From Octopus bimaculoides (lineage: Eukaryota), in assembly GCF_001194135.2 (NCBI RefSeq), contig NC_068981.1:152632668-152696667 (forward strand): 64,000 nt of DNA. The letters run 5' to 3'. The notes under the pieces are model-generated. The model did not search any database. It saw only the letters and a program-made list of their open reading frames with translations, and was not told where the DNA came from. Within the stretch, counting starts at the first letter, position 1. Every line of letters starts with the position of its first letter. A program made the translations under genes and the position numbers. Below are positions 1 to 12,534 of the stretch, one piece after another.

Positions 1-230
1 TTTACCATTAACCACACCTCCACCCTTGTTGCTCACTCACTATATTCACCCCTACTATCTGTCATTACCTCCTCATACTTTTATGAAATTACCCACCTCT
101 CCTTTCTCATCGATTCACTGTCAGAATTCTCTTATACTCACCTTCTTGTACCTTCAGGGTACGCTCTGGTAACATCGTTACACCATCTTTATCTTTCTTC
201 CAAAAGCTCCCACTCATCGTTATACAATGT
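1..230 (+). mobile_element. 3' UTR remnant of the same RTE LINE family
   Basis: CTTCAGGGTACGCTCTGG matches the reverse complement of about 16000-16020, which lies downstream of the RTE C-terminus at 16489. Confidence 0.45.
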
Positions 231-1149
231 GGGGTAGTCGTGTATGTCACCTCTAGCAAGACACCAGTACTTATCTGTCATAGAGACATGCACTTGGCAT
301 AACACAACCTTCCCTTCTCTCAAATAGACTACTATACAGCTGAAGAACCTTTTTAGTGTTGCAAGATACTTGGCAACCTCGCTAGTGTGATGGCGCAGAA
401 AAAAGCATCAAGCATACACTGTAAAGTGGTTGGTATCAGATGGGGAACCATGTCAAAGCGGACAAAGGAATCGATGCAGCCCTGCGGCTTATCGGATCCT
501 GTCAAATCAAATTGTCCAACCCGAATAAACGTGGAAGAAGGACGTTAAAAGGCGATCATATTTGATAATAGTTTGACTCAGCTCCACATTACTTCAAGTT
601 TCATAGGTGCGTCAATCTTGTCAGATATTCAGAGACAGAATAGAAATTTTAAAAGAAATTCAAAATGACTTCTAGGTTTTAGACCTCTTATTGGTTAGCT
701 GTGGTTACATTTTCGTAATACTATCAAAGCGACATCAAGTATTTTATTTTGAGCTCCATGTGTTGCAGTCAGGATGTTGAGGCCGCAGTTGCTTTCAGAG
801 TCATCATTTCCTTGCATTAGGTACCGCTCAAAGTCCACATCATTTTGTGGACTTTGAGCACATTATTGGTAGCAGTCAATTTACGGGAGTAACCATTTGA
901 TCGTATTGGGATACAATTGCGGGCAAGTGATCAATGAATAAACTATAGCTTATAAGGGTACCACGGATCATATAGCTTTGTGCGTCAGCAAGCTAGGCTC
1001 AGGCTGATATATTCAGGTTATCGGTGGCCAGAAGTTTGAAGTTCGTAAACAGAGCGTATCCCTAATGGCAGCAATGATGGTTTATTCTTCCTATTGCTTG
1101 ATTCTGCGGTTTCTCGCAGAGGCAGTGCTGGCAATTACAATCTCCCGAT

Positions 1150-2700
1150 AAGGAAAGACTATCAAGGATGGGGATGTAATTTCGATGATAATGGAGATTT
1201 GAGAAAGAGAGGGGGTGGAGAAACCTACAAAGACATCAAATTGTTAGATGTTATTACAAAATTAATTAGGAAGATTGGCCTAGATGCGATGCAATTTGGT
1301 TGTGCCAGGAGGAATTACCGATGCTATACCAGTGTGTGACAACTGCTGGAGAAGCACCTAAGAGTGAGACTCTATACCTAGCATTTGTAGACCCAGAGAA
1401 AGTTTTCAACAGAGACCCTCGCTCTGACATCTGATGTGTAAAGAAGCTACAGGTAGATGAATGCTTTGTGAGAACTACACAAGATATGTGTGCACAGAGG
1501 TGCAGCCAGCAAAGTATGAGTTAACAATGAATTAAGCAACAAATTCCATATGAGGAAAGAGTCCATTGAGGGCCAGTCTTCAGCTCTCGCCTGGTTGTTA
1601 TAGCTCTTCAAGCCACAACAGAGGAATTTTAGATTAGTTGTCCATAAGAAGTCCGGTATACTGATAACCCTGTCTTTATAGCAGAATCTGTGGAAAACTT
1701 GGAGAAATTCCAGACATGGAAGCAAAACCTGGGATTGAAAGTTCATAAAATTAACTTAGCCAAGACTAAAGTTATTCTTAAGAGAAAAGAATGCAAAAGA
1801 AGCTGGGACTTCTGCTCTCAGAAAGATGACCATGCTCAGTAAACATAAAAAGAGTAGGGGAGGAAGTCTGAAGTGTGTGCTTTATGTAAATCATGGATGT
1901 ACAAAATTTATAGTGGCATCGCGCTAACAACAAAGTTAGCCTTCATATATAAAAAGTATGAAGTGGCATTAAGCACAACTAGGAAATAAATTTTCTTATC
2001 TGTTCAGAATGGGTCCCTAAAATAAAAAAAAGCAATAGTTTCTGAGCACTAAGTCAATGGTGCCTATGGGAGAGGAAGATCTAGAAAAATATGTGAAGTG
2101 GTGAAAACCTGATCTCAAGATGCTGAACTTCAAAAAAAGAGATGATAAAGGAACATAACAATGGGTGACATGCCTTGCTAGAGAAAACCCACACTCTTGG
2201 GTAAGTATGGCAGAGAGTACTTTAAAGTGAGGAGTGATGGTCACTAAGAAATTCTTGCTGCATTCATCCCATTCTCTGTAATACCTTATTACATCTGCCT
2301 ACTTCTTTTTCTCTCACTGCTCAAACTACATTTATCCACTGCTGCCCAGATCTGTTTCTCACTTTTATGATCTTCCTTTCTCTGACCCTACTACACCTTT
2401 ACCATATCTCTTCTCTTTCTTTCAGACCTTCTCCTTGCTGGTACTCTGGCTCTTCATCACACTAATCTGTTTTTCATGCATTACAGTCTCCCATATATGG
2501 TTTAGCACTAGTTTCCACTTACTCAACCCACTCCATTCAACCTTACCTTCCTGACTTTTTCTCACTAATCCTTAACACCAACTCTTCCCTTTTCCACAGT
2601 CCCTTTCATGACTCCGTGTGTTACTCTCTCCACTGCTACCTTCTTAAAACAATGTGTTCCTCCCTTCAAACTTTAGTTTCTCTGAACACTTCAGGAAAAA
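1150..2700 (+). mobile_element. Decayed RTE-type LINE (reverse transcriptase, C-terminus and 3' UTR)
   Basis: Interrupted translation follows the RT motifs DIKLLD..MQFG, LYLAFVD.EK.F, YADD-like (TATACTGATAAC), NLAKTKV and the C-terminal GRGR.RK.W..VVK.DL; many stops and frameshifts. Confidence 0.8.
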
Positions 2701-2719
2701 AAAAAAGACACCCAATACA

Positions 2720-2990
2720 CACTGAAAAGAGATTGGTAAATTGAACAGAGACAATGCAGGTTCAAGAGAATTTGTTAGTCTTACCAAAGACAAGACAACC
2801 TCTTAAGTACTCTAAAGTGCCATGAAAATTGAACTGATACTTTGTAGAAGACATAATCTAAGAGTCTACCTGCTTGAGAAACTGCATATTCTGAAGTAGC
2901 CCAAGATATCTCTTAGCAAGAAATCTGAGTTGATTCACAAGTGCCATCACAGTTGATTATTTCTCCTTAGTAGAGAAACACTAGAGGAAA
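2720..2990 (+). mobile_element. Penelope-like element GIY-YIG C-terminal remnant
   Basis: LLEKLHILK*PKISLSKKSELIHKCHH resembles the PLE C-terminal CL.EK..IL....LNKRSEL...CRH motif. Confidence 0.5.
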
Positions 2991-3399
2991 TCAAGAAGTA
3001 GACACCGATGCTAATGAAAGATAAGCTTGATCAAACTGCTTTACATTCTAGCAACACTGATTAGTATCTTACAGCAGCAGCCTGTAATAATTTCTAAGTT
3101 TGTCAATGACCAAGAAAAGCCTGCCTTTTAGGTTGCATGCAACTAAAACTTTACTCAGGGTAGACTTTTGAAAGAGAGGCTAACAACAAAGTTAGCTCTC
3201 ATATGTAACAGATATGCAATGGCCCTGAGTAATGGATGCTTAAGTAAACAAATGTCCATCAATACACATCCATCCACAATCATACAACTACTCCTTCCAA
3301 TACATAATATATAACAACTTACATTACATAACACATAAAAAGTACTGGCACTTATTCTATCAGTCACTTATGCTGCACCACTAAATTAGGGGGTCATAA

Positions 3400-3645
3400 A
3401 CCAACACTAGTTGTAAAGTGGTGGTGGGGGACAAAGACGAACACATCTATATGTGTGTGTGTGTGTATATACATACACACACACAAGATGGGTTTCTTTC
3501 AGCTTCCATCTATCAAATCCACTCAAAAGGCTTTGGTCAGCCTCAGCCTATAGGAGAAAACACTTGCCCATGATGCCATGCAGTGTGACTGAACCCCAAA
3601 CCATGGGGTTGGGAAGTAAACTTCTTACCACACAACCATATCTGC
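3400..3645 (-). mobile_element. tRNA-derived SINE (GGCTGTGTGGTAAG-headed family)
   Basis: Matches the reverse complement of the copy at 57595-57915. Confidence 0.75.
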
Positions 3646-4496
3646 TATCATCAATTTTATGACACTTAGGTGAAATTTTTAGGTTTATGTCAAAGATTTA
3701 ATGTGAAAATAATTTTAGCATAATTCACCAACATAAAATGAAATATCACCTAAAATTCTACATCGACTGTTTTGTTTGTTCCAGTGACACATCAAAGTAA
3801 TATTTTTGAAGGGAATTATAGATGAATACAGCCAAGTATTTTACTAGTGCACATTTTAACTGATCTCTTTTACCTCTTCAATTTAATCCTTAGCATTCAG
3901 ATTATCCTATCAAATGTAATGCTTATTTATTCATATTGTTTTTAATTTATCATGTATTATGGTGTAGCTTAAAGATTTCAATGACATGATTGTTTATTTT
4001 TAGAATGACATTGTAGGGTAGGTGTGAAAGGCTAGAAGTGGCCAATCTGAACAAAAAACAGGTAAAATATTTGTGCCAGATATGGCCAGTTTAAATGCTG
4101 ACAAATTCATTGAAGGAAAATTCATACATGAATTATATACGAGAAATATAAACAAATATTCAATTAACAATGTTGTCTTAGACTTACAAAATTAGGTATA
4201 AAACAATTTACTTCAACTTACTATACTTAAAAGCTATTCTACAAGCTTCTGCCTAGAATGCTGCTTCAATTCTGTTCTTTTGTCTCAACCAGAATTAGAG
4301 TTAGACATCACCAAATATTTTGGGGACAATGGATAGCTCACTGTTATTTATAAGCACTAACCTGTGCAACTGCAACCCTGCTCTGTGGAATGTTACACTT
4401 CTAGTGAATTTTCTTTTCTTTTCTTTTTAATAATTTACAGCATGTCTCACATGTAGCTATTTTCAAGCTAAAATTTTAGTTTTTTAGGGCTGGCAT

Positions 4497-5083
4497 ACAC
4501 CGATAGGGCTGCCAAAAATTATGCGTGTTAACAAAGAAAACAACGAACGTATTATACTAGAAACTGGTGAACTAGAGGATGTAGCCGTGTTTATGTATTT
4601 AGGTATTAAGATAACGCCTTCAGGCGGCACCAACGAAGATATTAAGATGAGAATAAGTAAGGCAAGGACCGCTTTTCACCTGTTAAAAAAAGTATGGAGC
4701 GCAAGTGTAATTTCAATAAAGAACAAAATAAGAATTTTTAACACTAACGTAAAAGCGGTGTTATTGTATGGGGCTGAGACATGGCGAACAACAGTTAAGT
4801 CAAATAAGCAAATACAATCATTCATCAACAGATGCTTGCGTAGTATACTTAAAGACACACCAAATGTGCTTTACAGTGGAATCCAGATGGAGATAGAAAA
4901 AAAGGTAGGCCTAAGAACTTGTGGCGTAGATCAACACAAAAGGAACTAGAGAAAGAGGGACATTCATGGCAGAGTATAAGTACAGAAACGAAAAATTATG
5001 CGACATGGAATTCAATTATAAGTGGCCTATACTCCATGTTGGAGGGTTAAAGGAAAAAAAATAAATAAATAAAAAAATAAAAA
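4497..5083 (+). mobile_element. 5'-truncated RTE/BovB-like LINE with A-rich tail and 11-bp TSD
   Basis: ORF 4521-4949 (F.YLG..I...G....DI..RI.KAR.AF..L..VW....LLYGAETW); A-rich tail about 5053-5083; AGGGCTGGCAT at 4486-4496 and 5084-5094. Confidence 0.85.
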
Positions 5084-5084
5084 A

Positions 5085-5230
5085 GGGCTGGCATTAGGAA
5101 GGGCATCCTGTGTAGAAAACCAAGCCAAATCAGACTGGAGTCTGGTGCAGCCTTCCAGCTTATTAACCCCAGTCAAACGTCCAACCCATGCCAGCATGGA
5201 CAATGGGTGTTAAACGATGATGATGATGAT
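5085..5230 (+). mobile_element. SINE/LINE 3' end with (GAT)n tail
   Basis: GGCATTAGGAAGGGCATCC...GTCCAACCCATGCCAGCATGG...TTAAACGATGATGATGAT; an inverted copy lies at about 15160-15510. Confidence 0.7.
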
Positions 5231-5774
5231 TTGTTGTATCACTGTGTGTATGTGCCATGTCTCCACACCTTGTAAGCAGAAAGTTATTTTCAATAATGAC
5301 AATAACTAGAAAATTAAATAATAGCAACTACATTTCCATTAAATCACACTCTACTGTCTTATAAATGATATATAAGACTACATTTGATAATAGATAAATG
5401 TAATATTGGATACATTATACCTGACAAGACAGGATGTTTATGGTTAGAAAGTTTTTGGTCATAGGTTTCTTCAATCAAAGTTGATATGAAGCCACCAACA
5501 ACTAAACAGTTAACAAAGTTTAGTTTTTAATTGATTTATTAACCTGTAAATGCATGGTGCTTTACGACTGTTATGTATCTTCTTTGTTCTTTTTGTCCAA
5601 ATTTTAATTATGCTTTATTGTTCATGTTATGATAATTGATCTTGGAAGGATGAAATACAAAATTAACTTTGGTGGGGTTTGAACTCAGAACACAAAGAAA
5701 TATAACTAAATACTGTTAACATGTTATCCAGCACTCTAACAATTCTGCTAATCCACTGCCTCTATTTCTTTTCT

Positions 5775-6200
5775 TTTTCCACCAACAGAGCAGAAACCTT
5801 TGTTATGCCAAGCTCAGTGTGCAGTATGTTCTCAACTCTCTTATGGAATACACTAATAGCATTAGCTATTTGATTTATAGTCAATCACTTGTCATCCACA
5901 CGGTCAATGTTTTTGTTAGTGGTGGCAGTTGCAGGCCTATCAGACCTTGGCTCATCTTCAATATTCTTCCTTTCTCTCCTAAATTCAGCTGTCCACTCTT
6001 GCACTGTTGATAAAGCTGGAGCATCATCCCCTAATGTAGCAGCCATGTCAGCATGAATCTCTTTGGGGTTTAAACTCTTTTTCTGCAGGTACTTGATAAC
6101 ACTGCGATGTCAAATTTCATCCATTTTCAAAAGGAGTTGCTACTAGCTACTTTTGAAGCCTTCTTGGAACAGTCAGTCAGATGTCAGTTTACCTAAAAAG
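5775..6200 (-). mobile_element. Mariner transposase N-terminal remnant (HTH region)
   Basis: From ATG 6124: MDEI*HRSVIKYLQKKSLNPKEIHADMAATLGDDAPALSTVQEWTAEFRR...EDEPRSDRPATA, a typical mariner N-terminus with stops. Confidence 0.85.
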
Positions 6201-6680
6201 AAACAATACAGTTATTAAGAAGTTATTAAGAAGTGTTAAAATTAATGAATGCAAGATTTCACAGCCCTATCATCACTCCGTCATAGCCAACCTATGAACT
6301 TTTCAGCCCACCTTTGTAGATATATCAAAATATTTTGAGTTAATGTTTTACACAAATCTAAAAAAAACAAAAAAAAAACAGAATCTATGGATAAGAAACC
6401 AAGATAGTATACATCTATCTATCTATACATATATATACTGGTAAATTAATAATGCGCTGATTACAAGTTACATTTAAATGATGAGATTCAAACTTTTCTT
6501 GTTCAAGTCCTCAGTACGAAACAATGTTTACAGATATGCAAAGAGAAAAGTTTGCAGACAGCTGAAGCTCTTATTACAGCAAAAAATTAATGTTTTTTAT
6601 ATGGGGAAAACACAAAAAATTAATTTCGTTTTTGGATTTGGTTTGCAAGATTCTTTATGTGAGTTCGTGTGTTGAAGCAT

Positions 6681-8067
6681 ATTCTGTTGTGTCTGGGGAG
6701 AGTCATTCTCTTTTGGTGCCTTATAATTTAACACATTCACTGGTAAAATTTCCACTTATTTCTTCTTTTATTTTTTAAAAATTTTCGTTGCGTCTTGCAA
6801 CCTTTTCAATAGTCGTTGACTCTGTCTGTTACTCACACTGCGTTCTTTTTTGTTTGTTTGTGTGCATGTGCATATGTATCTATCTGTGTGTATACATTTG
6901 TATGTATGTATTCTGCATATTCATGTTTGCATGACCGTGTTTTTAAGTATGTGCGTGTGTGTTTGTATATGTGTGTGTACCTGTCTTCTTGTGTGTGTGT
7001 ATGTGTTTTGCAACCATGTTTATATGTATCAATGTGCATCTCCATATGTGGACGTGTGTCTCCATATGTGTCCTTGTGTGAAGTAAAGTGTGTGTGTATA
7101 TATGGTCATGTGTTTCAGTCTTCATTTGCGTATGTGTGCTTGTTTGTTCATATAACCTATATAACTATCCGTCTGTATGTTGATCTGTTTACTTTCATAT
7201 CCATATGCTTACATACATGTGCATATACATATATATATATATATTCATACACCCACCCACACACACATACATCTATCTACATATATATGTATATACATAC
7301 ACCCACACACACATACATACATGCATCTATCTACCATAACAGCCCACTAACTATTCTACTCTACCTGTGTAAACTGTGGGTGTGGGTTATGATATCTACT
7401 ATGTATATTTCCTATTTAGTATAGGAAAAGTTTCATTTATGAGGACATAGTCTCGTATTTTTCTGAGTGTTGGGTGCTTGGATAAGATGCGGATGTCAAG
7501 TTGACCCTGGTTACCTCCATGTTGGTAGAGTATGGAGGACTGTTCTTTTTTTGTTGTGATATTGTCTCAAATGTTCATTTGGTCGTTCAGCAATGCTTCT
7601 AGATGTCTCCCCTATGTATGCCATGTTCATGCCTTTACAAGCACCTTCTATGCATCTTAAGCTGTAAACTACATTTCGAGTTCTACAGTTAATGCCCCTA
7701 GTACATACACTCAGACAGGCACACACATATACAAACACACACACATACATAAAAAACACACAAACACGGACATGCAAACACATGAAAATGCAGAATACAT
7801 ACATATGAATGTACACACAGAGATAGATACATATGCACACACACACTGACACACATACATATGCACACACACTGATCCACATACATATGCACAAACAAAA
7901 AGGAACGCAGTATGTGTAATGGACAGAGTCAACGACTATTGAAAAGGTTGCAAGATGCAACAAAAATTTTTAAAAAATAAAAAAAGAAATAAGTGGAAAT
8001 TTTACCGGTGTGTGTGTTAAATTATAAGGCACCAAAAGAGAATGACTCTCCCCAGACACAACAGAAT
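6681..8067. repeat. Inverted repeat pair (6681-about 6990 and about 7700-8067) flanking a Penelope fragment
   Basis: ATTCTGTTGTGTCTGGGGAGAGTCATT...TTTTCAATAGTCGTTGACTCTGTC appears again as its reverse complement. Confidence 0.85.
7400..7700 (-). mobile_element. Penelope-like GIY-YIG endonuclease fragment
   Basis: CRTRNVVYSLRC...C....AYIGETSRSIAER.NEH, followed by ILSKHP.LRKI..Y.LINE..P.LN. Confidence 0.8.
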
Positions 8068-8099
8068 AAAAAATTAGCCTTGAAACTTTGTATACCAGA

Positions 8100-9060
8100 G
8101 ACCAATCATCAACCATTGTAATTATTTTTTTCAAAAGAGAGTGATTTTTCTAGAAAGTTTCTCAGGATCCACAGATGGGACTTTATATTATTACATGAAT
8201 TCAAATCATTCACATATCTGGTGAAAATCAATCACCATTTACATTGATCTTCTAACATGACTAAATATGACTCACATCAGTTCTTCACAAAAACATATTT
8301 TCACATTGGTGATGATGGATTAATTTTTCTGATGCTAATACAGCTGAATATATTAAAAATAATTTTAACATTTCCAACCTTTATATTCACATAAAGAACT
8401 GAATTGCTAGAAAAAGTAGCTCCAGACCAACTCTTTTAGAACAATAACTGGAAGACTTCACAGCAGAGAATTATCCTACCTTATTGTGCAAAAATTCTCT
8501 CTATAATTTATAACACACACACAAATACTTAAGAAAGCAACAGCTTGCATTTTGTGAGTTTAATATTAGTTGAGTTTTATCATAATTTGTGACTAACATG
8601 CTAAAACCAGATTTGAGGGCACTCCTTGTACTGATAAATGGCCTGAGTAATACAGACTTGGAAAAATTACATACAGCCGGGTGATGTAAACCATGGAGAG
8701 GATATATTGATCATAGTTGACTCAGCAACTGTTCCAGTAGAAGCTAGGAAAATCAACGTGCTTATTTTTCATTAACCCCTAGATTTGAAGTTCCAATGAC
8801 AATGCTAGCATACAATGGGTTGGAATTAATTCAATTAAAGGAGTGATTAAATTGACATGATTTTAAGAAAATAGACATTATAATCCACAATTTAATGGTG
8901 CAGTGGAAAGAGTAATGAAAGCAATCAAATCTACAATGCAAGTTTTCAGTTCAGAGATATCATAGTATGTGCAAGTCATCTCCAACTGAGAAATTACTTG
9001 GTAGTCAGTTAACAAGGTTGAACAAATGGTTCATTACAAGAACAATATAATGGAATTTCC
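8100..9060 (+). mobile_element. Highly decayed Gypsy/Ty3 pol remnant (RNase H to integrase)
   Basis: Fragments TNHQPL, RIHRW..IL, IHISGEN, KPW.R..ID, IIVDS and YNPQFNGAVERV occur in pol order. Confidence 0.6.
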
Positions 9061-9909
9061 ATCAGATAAACATCATTTAATTTATGCTGGCAGAAATGAT
9101 CAGATGAACTTCATTGAAGCAGGTTTTCTATAGCAGAATGGATTTAGTTTCAAATTCTGAGAACATGACTAATTTTTTTTTTAATTCTTAGATTTGGGGA
9201 CAGGGACAGTACCCATGGTCTTCAAAGGCCCTCCAGGCATGATGAGATTCATTACATTAATATTCCTCTTAAATCTTTGTAAGTAAAATATAGAAACTGG
9301 AAATTTATGAGCAGAGAGCAAATTCCAGAGGGCCAACATTGTTAGAAAGGACGGTTTGGGCATTGTGATTATCGGTGAGCCTGAGTAGGAGTTGAACACA
9401 CCTGTACAGTAAATTCTATGATGTATATTGTAGACACATACACACAATACAAGCACAGCATGAGAGGGGTGTGAATAAAACAGCTTGCCTTTTCTATCTT
9501 GAAGTTTTTTTAGGTGTACTGCTTGGAACCCTGATGCACAGACATAACACAACTGAAGATTTGTACTTACTCCAGAAAAATAATATAATCACAATAAATA
9601 AGATAGTGTCTGTGATAAAACCCAGCCAAAGGATACAATAATCTAAGAAAACTCCCATCGAAGTTCGGTACACCATACAACAATAAAGAAGATGCTAATA
9701 GTCTAAAGATCTGAAACTACTCAGAAATAAGTGTGACTGTTATCTCTAGAAACTTCTGTTTGATTTTAATGCTAAAAATAAAAACAAAATGTTTGAGATT
9801 GAAAAGCTTTATTAAAAAAATTATTTGTAATAGAAAAAGAAGTGCATTATCCACCACAGAAGTGGGGAAAACCGATTAATTGTAAACTATTTTGTTACGA
9901 TGTTAATAA

Positions 9910-11005
9910 AGTTATGGCGATTTTCGTTTTCGATAATGTGTTTTACATGTCACGGTCATGCGATTCCCCCTAAAAAAAATTTTGGACCCAACTCCCCCCA
10001 TCCCCCACACACGGGGGGGAGGGTATTTATTATTTTATTTAGGCGATTTTCATTTTTGACATTGTGTTCTACATGTCCAGGTCGTACCCTAACCCTAACC
10101 CTAACTCCCCTTTAGGCTATGGAGATTCCGATTCTGAAAAAAAATTGTTTGAAAAATTTCAATTCTCCGCCCCACCAAGCAGGCTATTTACATGCTAGAA
10201 ATAACAGCCAAATCTGGTTAGGGTTAGGGTCAGGGTTAGGGTTAGGGTCAGAGTTAGGGTTAGGGTCAGGGTTAGGGTTAGGGTTAGGTTTACCCTAACC
10301 CCGTTTGCCAAAGCGCATTTTTTCCTTCATATTTATTTCATATAAGGTGCACTTCAACTACTACACTATTTNNNNNNNNNNNNNNNNNNNNNNNNNNNNN
10401 NNNNNNNNNNNNNNNNNNNNNNNNNNNNNNNNNNNNNNNNNNNNNNNNNNNNNNNNNNNNNNNNNNNNNNNNNNNNNNNNNNNNNNNNNNNNNNNNNNNN
10501 NNNNNNNNNNNNNNNNNNNNNNNNNNNNNNNNNNNNNNNNNNNNNNNNNNNNNNNNNNNNNNNNNNNNNNNNNNNNNNNNNNNNNNNNNNNNNNNNNNNN
10601 NNNNNNNNNNNNNNNNNNNNNNNNNNNNNNNNNNNNNNNNNNNNNNNNNNNNNNNNNNNNNNNNNNNNNNNNNNNNNNNNNNNNNNNNNNNNNNNNNNNN
10701 NNNNNNNNNNNNNNNNNNNNNNNNNNNNNNNNNNNNNNNNNNNNNNNNNNNNNNNNNNNNNNNNNNNNNNNNNNNNNNNNNNNNNNNNNNNNNNNNNNNN
10801 NNNNNNNNNNNNNNNNNNNNNNNNNNNNNNNNNNNNNNNNNNNNNNNNNNNNNNNNNNNNNNNNNNNNNNNNNNNNNNNNNNNNNNNNNNNNNNNNNNNN
10901 NNNNNNNNNNNNNNNNNNNNNNNNNNNTCTAACTTGCGAGAAGGTTATTCGTACGATCTGGACATGTAGAACACAATGTCAAAAATGAAAATCGCCAAAA
11001 TAAAA
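9910..11005. mobile_element. Foldback/MITE-like element with telomere-like (CCCTAA)n and (TTAGGG/TCAGGG)n tracts, interrupted by a gap
   Basis: GGCGATTTTCATTTTTGACATTGTGTTCTACATGTCCAG (about 10043-10081) is inverted at about 10948-10997; telomere-type repeats at 10087-10104 and 10217-10288. Confidence 0.65.
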
Positions 11006-11699
11006 AAAATAAAAAAGTTCTCCCGCCATATTGTTGATGTGCAAAAAAAAGCAATGCGCAATAATCTTAAATTCTTATATTGTTGATAAAAACAAGACTT
11101 GATGTGTATGTTTACTATATTTGTTTATTCGATATAACTTTTGAGTATTCTCTAGATAACCTAAGAGATCATCAAAATTTTATTTAGTGTGACAGTTGCG
11201 AAGATGGTTGTAGTACTACATTTGCAGCGTAATGACACAATTGAATCAGACTGGACTAATTGGGAACCTCGTTTTGAAAAGTGATTTTAAACTTGGACGC
11301 GCGCCTTTTGATTATCCAATTCGTGTTATTTTAATGGTTATTCGGTAAAAGACCATTAGAATTTTATTCTCGCTCAAGTTACAAATAAAGACAGATAGGA
11401 AATGTTCATTTGGATTGGATAATACTAAAAATTCAAATATTATTCGTTTTATGGTGGTAAATTATACTATGATTATTTTCGCTTAAAATCTTCACTTCAA
11501 ATTCCAAAATTTCATAAAATACAAGTAACTCAAAATCCGTGAGATGAGTTTCACAATTTGACTTGTGTTTTACATAACTATGAAAGCAAAAGAACCCCAA
11601 CCTCGGTGAGATTTGAAATAGGAACTAAAAAGAATAGGAATTTTGTTACTAACTTTGCTGATCTTGGAATTCTACCCACTTATTTACCTAATCCACATA

Positions 11700-11915
11700 T
11701 ATGTTGGTTTCAAATTTTGGCACGAGGCCAGCAGTTTCAGTGGAGGGATAAGTCAATTACATTGACCTCAGTGTTCTACTGGTACATATATTATCGACCT
11801 CAAAAGGGATGATCGGCAAAGTCGACCTCGGCGAAATTTGAACTCATTACGTAAAGACAGACGTAATGCCGCTAAGCATTTTCCCCGGCGTGCTAACGAT
11901 TCTGTTAGCTCACCA
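11700..11915 (-). mobile_element. tRNA-derived SINE (GAATCGTTAGCACGCC / GAGTTCAAATT family)
   Basis: A-box and B-box-like head plus the GTCGACTTTGCC..TCATCC body. Further copies at about 5640-5765, 12745-12960, 17150-17370, 29345-29545, 30478-30630, 39670-39803, 45405-45615 and 56980-57415. Confidence 0.85.
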
Positions 11916-11952
11916 CCTTATCCACCTAATAAATATTGATAAATGGAAAAAT

Positions 11953-12534
11953 GGATCTTTTTTAAAACGGGGGCCACATTTTTCATTAACGAAACACTTT
12001 GAAACTTGGAACACTGGTAGAATGTGTCATATAAAACATCTTTTTCTCTTAGTCTTCTTAAAAAAAAAAAGAAATCCCTAAGTTATTCTATGTTAAAGTT
12101 GTCGTATTTCTATAATTTCAACCAATCACTGACGTCCATTCAGCCGATATACATTAAGTGCCGACTACATAAACAAACGGTTAGGGTTAGGGTAAAACAG
12201 CAAATTTAAAAAGAAAAAAGCAAATAAAACGAAGAAAAAAAAAAGAAAATGAAAAAAGCAAATTTAAAATGAAAAAAGAAGTTATGGAGATTAAATACGC
12301 TTTACTTGGCTTAATCAGCCAAAGGAGTAAATATAAACAACTGAATACTTGTCAGTGATTGGTTGAAATTATCGAAATAAGACAATTTTTTACATGAAAT
12401 AAATTCGAATACAAAAATATTTTTCTGTTCTATAACACAAAATAGATAAGTATACGAAGTTTGAAAGTCTTTCGGTACCAAAAACACTACGTAAAACATT
12501 ATGAAAAATATGGCCCCCGTTTTAAAAAAGATCC
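11953..12534. mobile_element. Non-autonomous foldback DNA transposon (GGATC termini, 8-bp TSD)
   Basis: 24-bp perfect TIR GGATCTTTTTTAAAACGGGGGCCA; TSD GGAAAAAT at 11945-11952 and 12535-12542; internal TTAGGG repeat near 12180. Confidence 0.9.

Noticed and set aside
6816-7424. 202-aa ORF rich in C/V/Y/H/T, and similar ORFs at 25188-26210, 33068-33690, 47384-47596 and 54419-54739
   Set aside because: Translations of (TG)n, (TA)n, (TATG)n and (GA)n microsatellites, which lack stops by chance.
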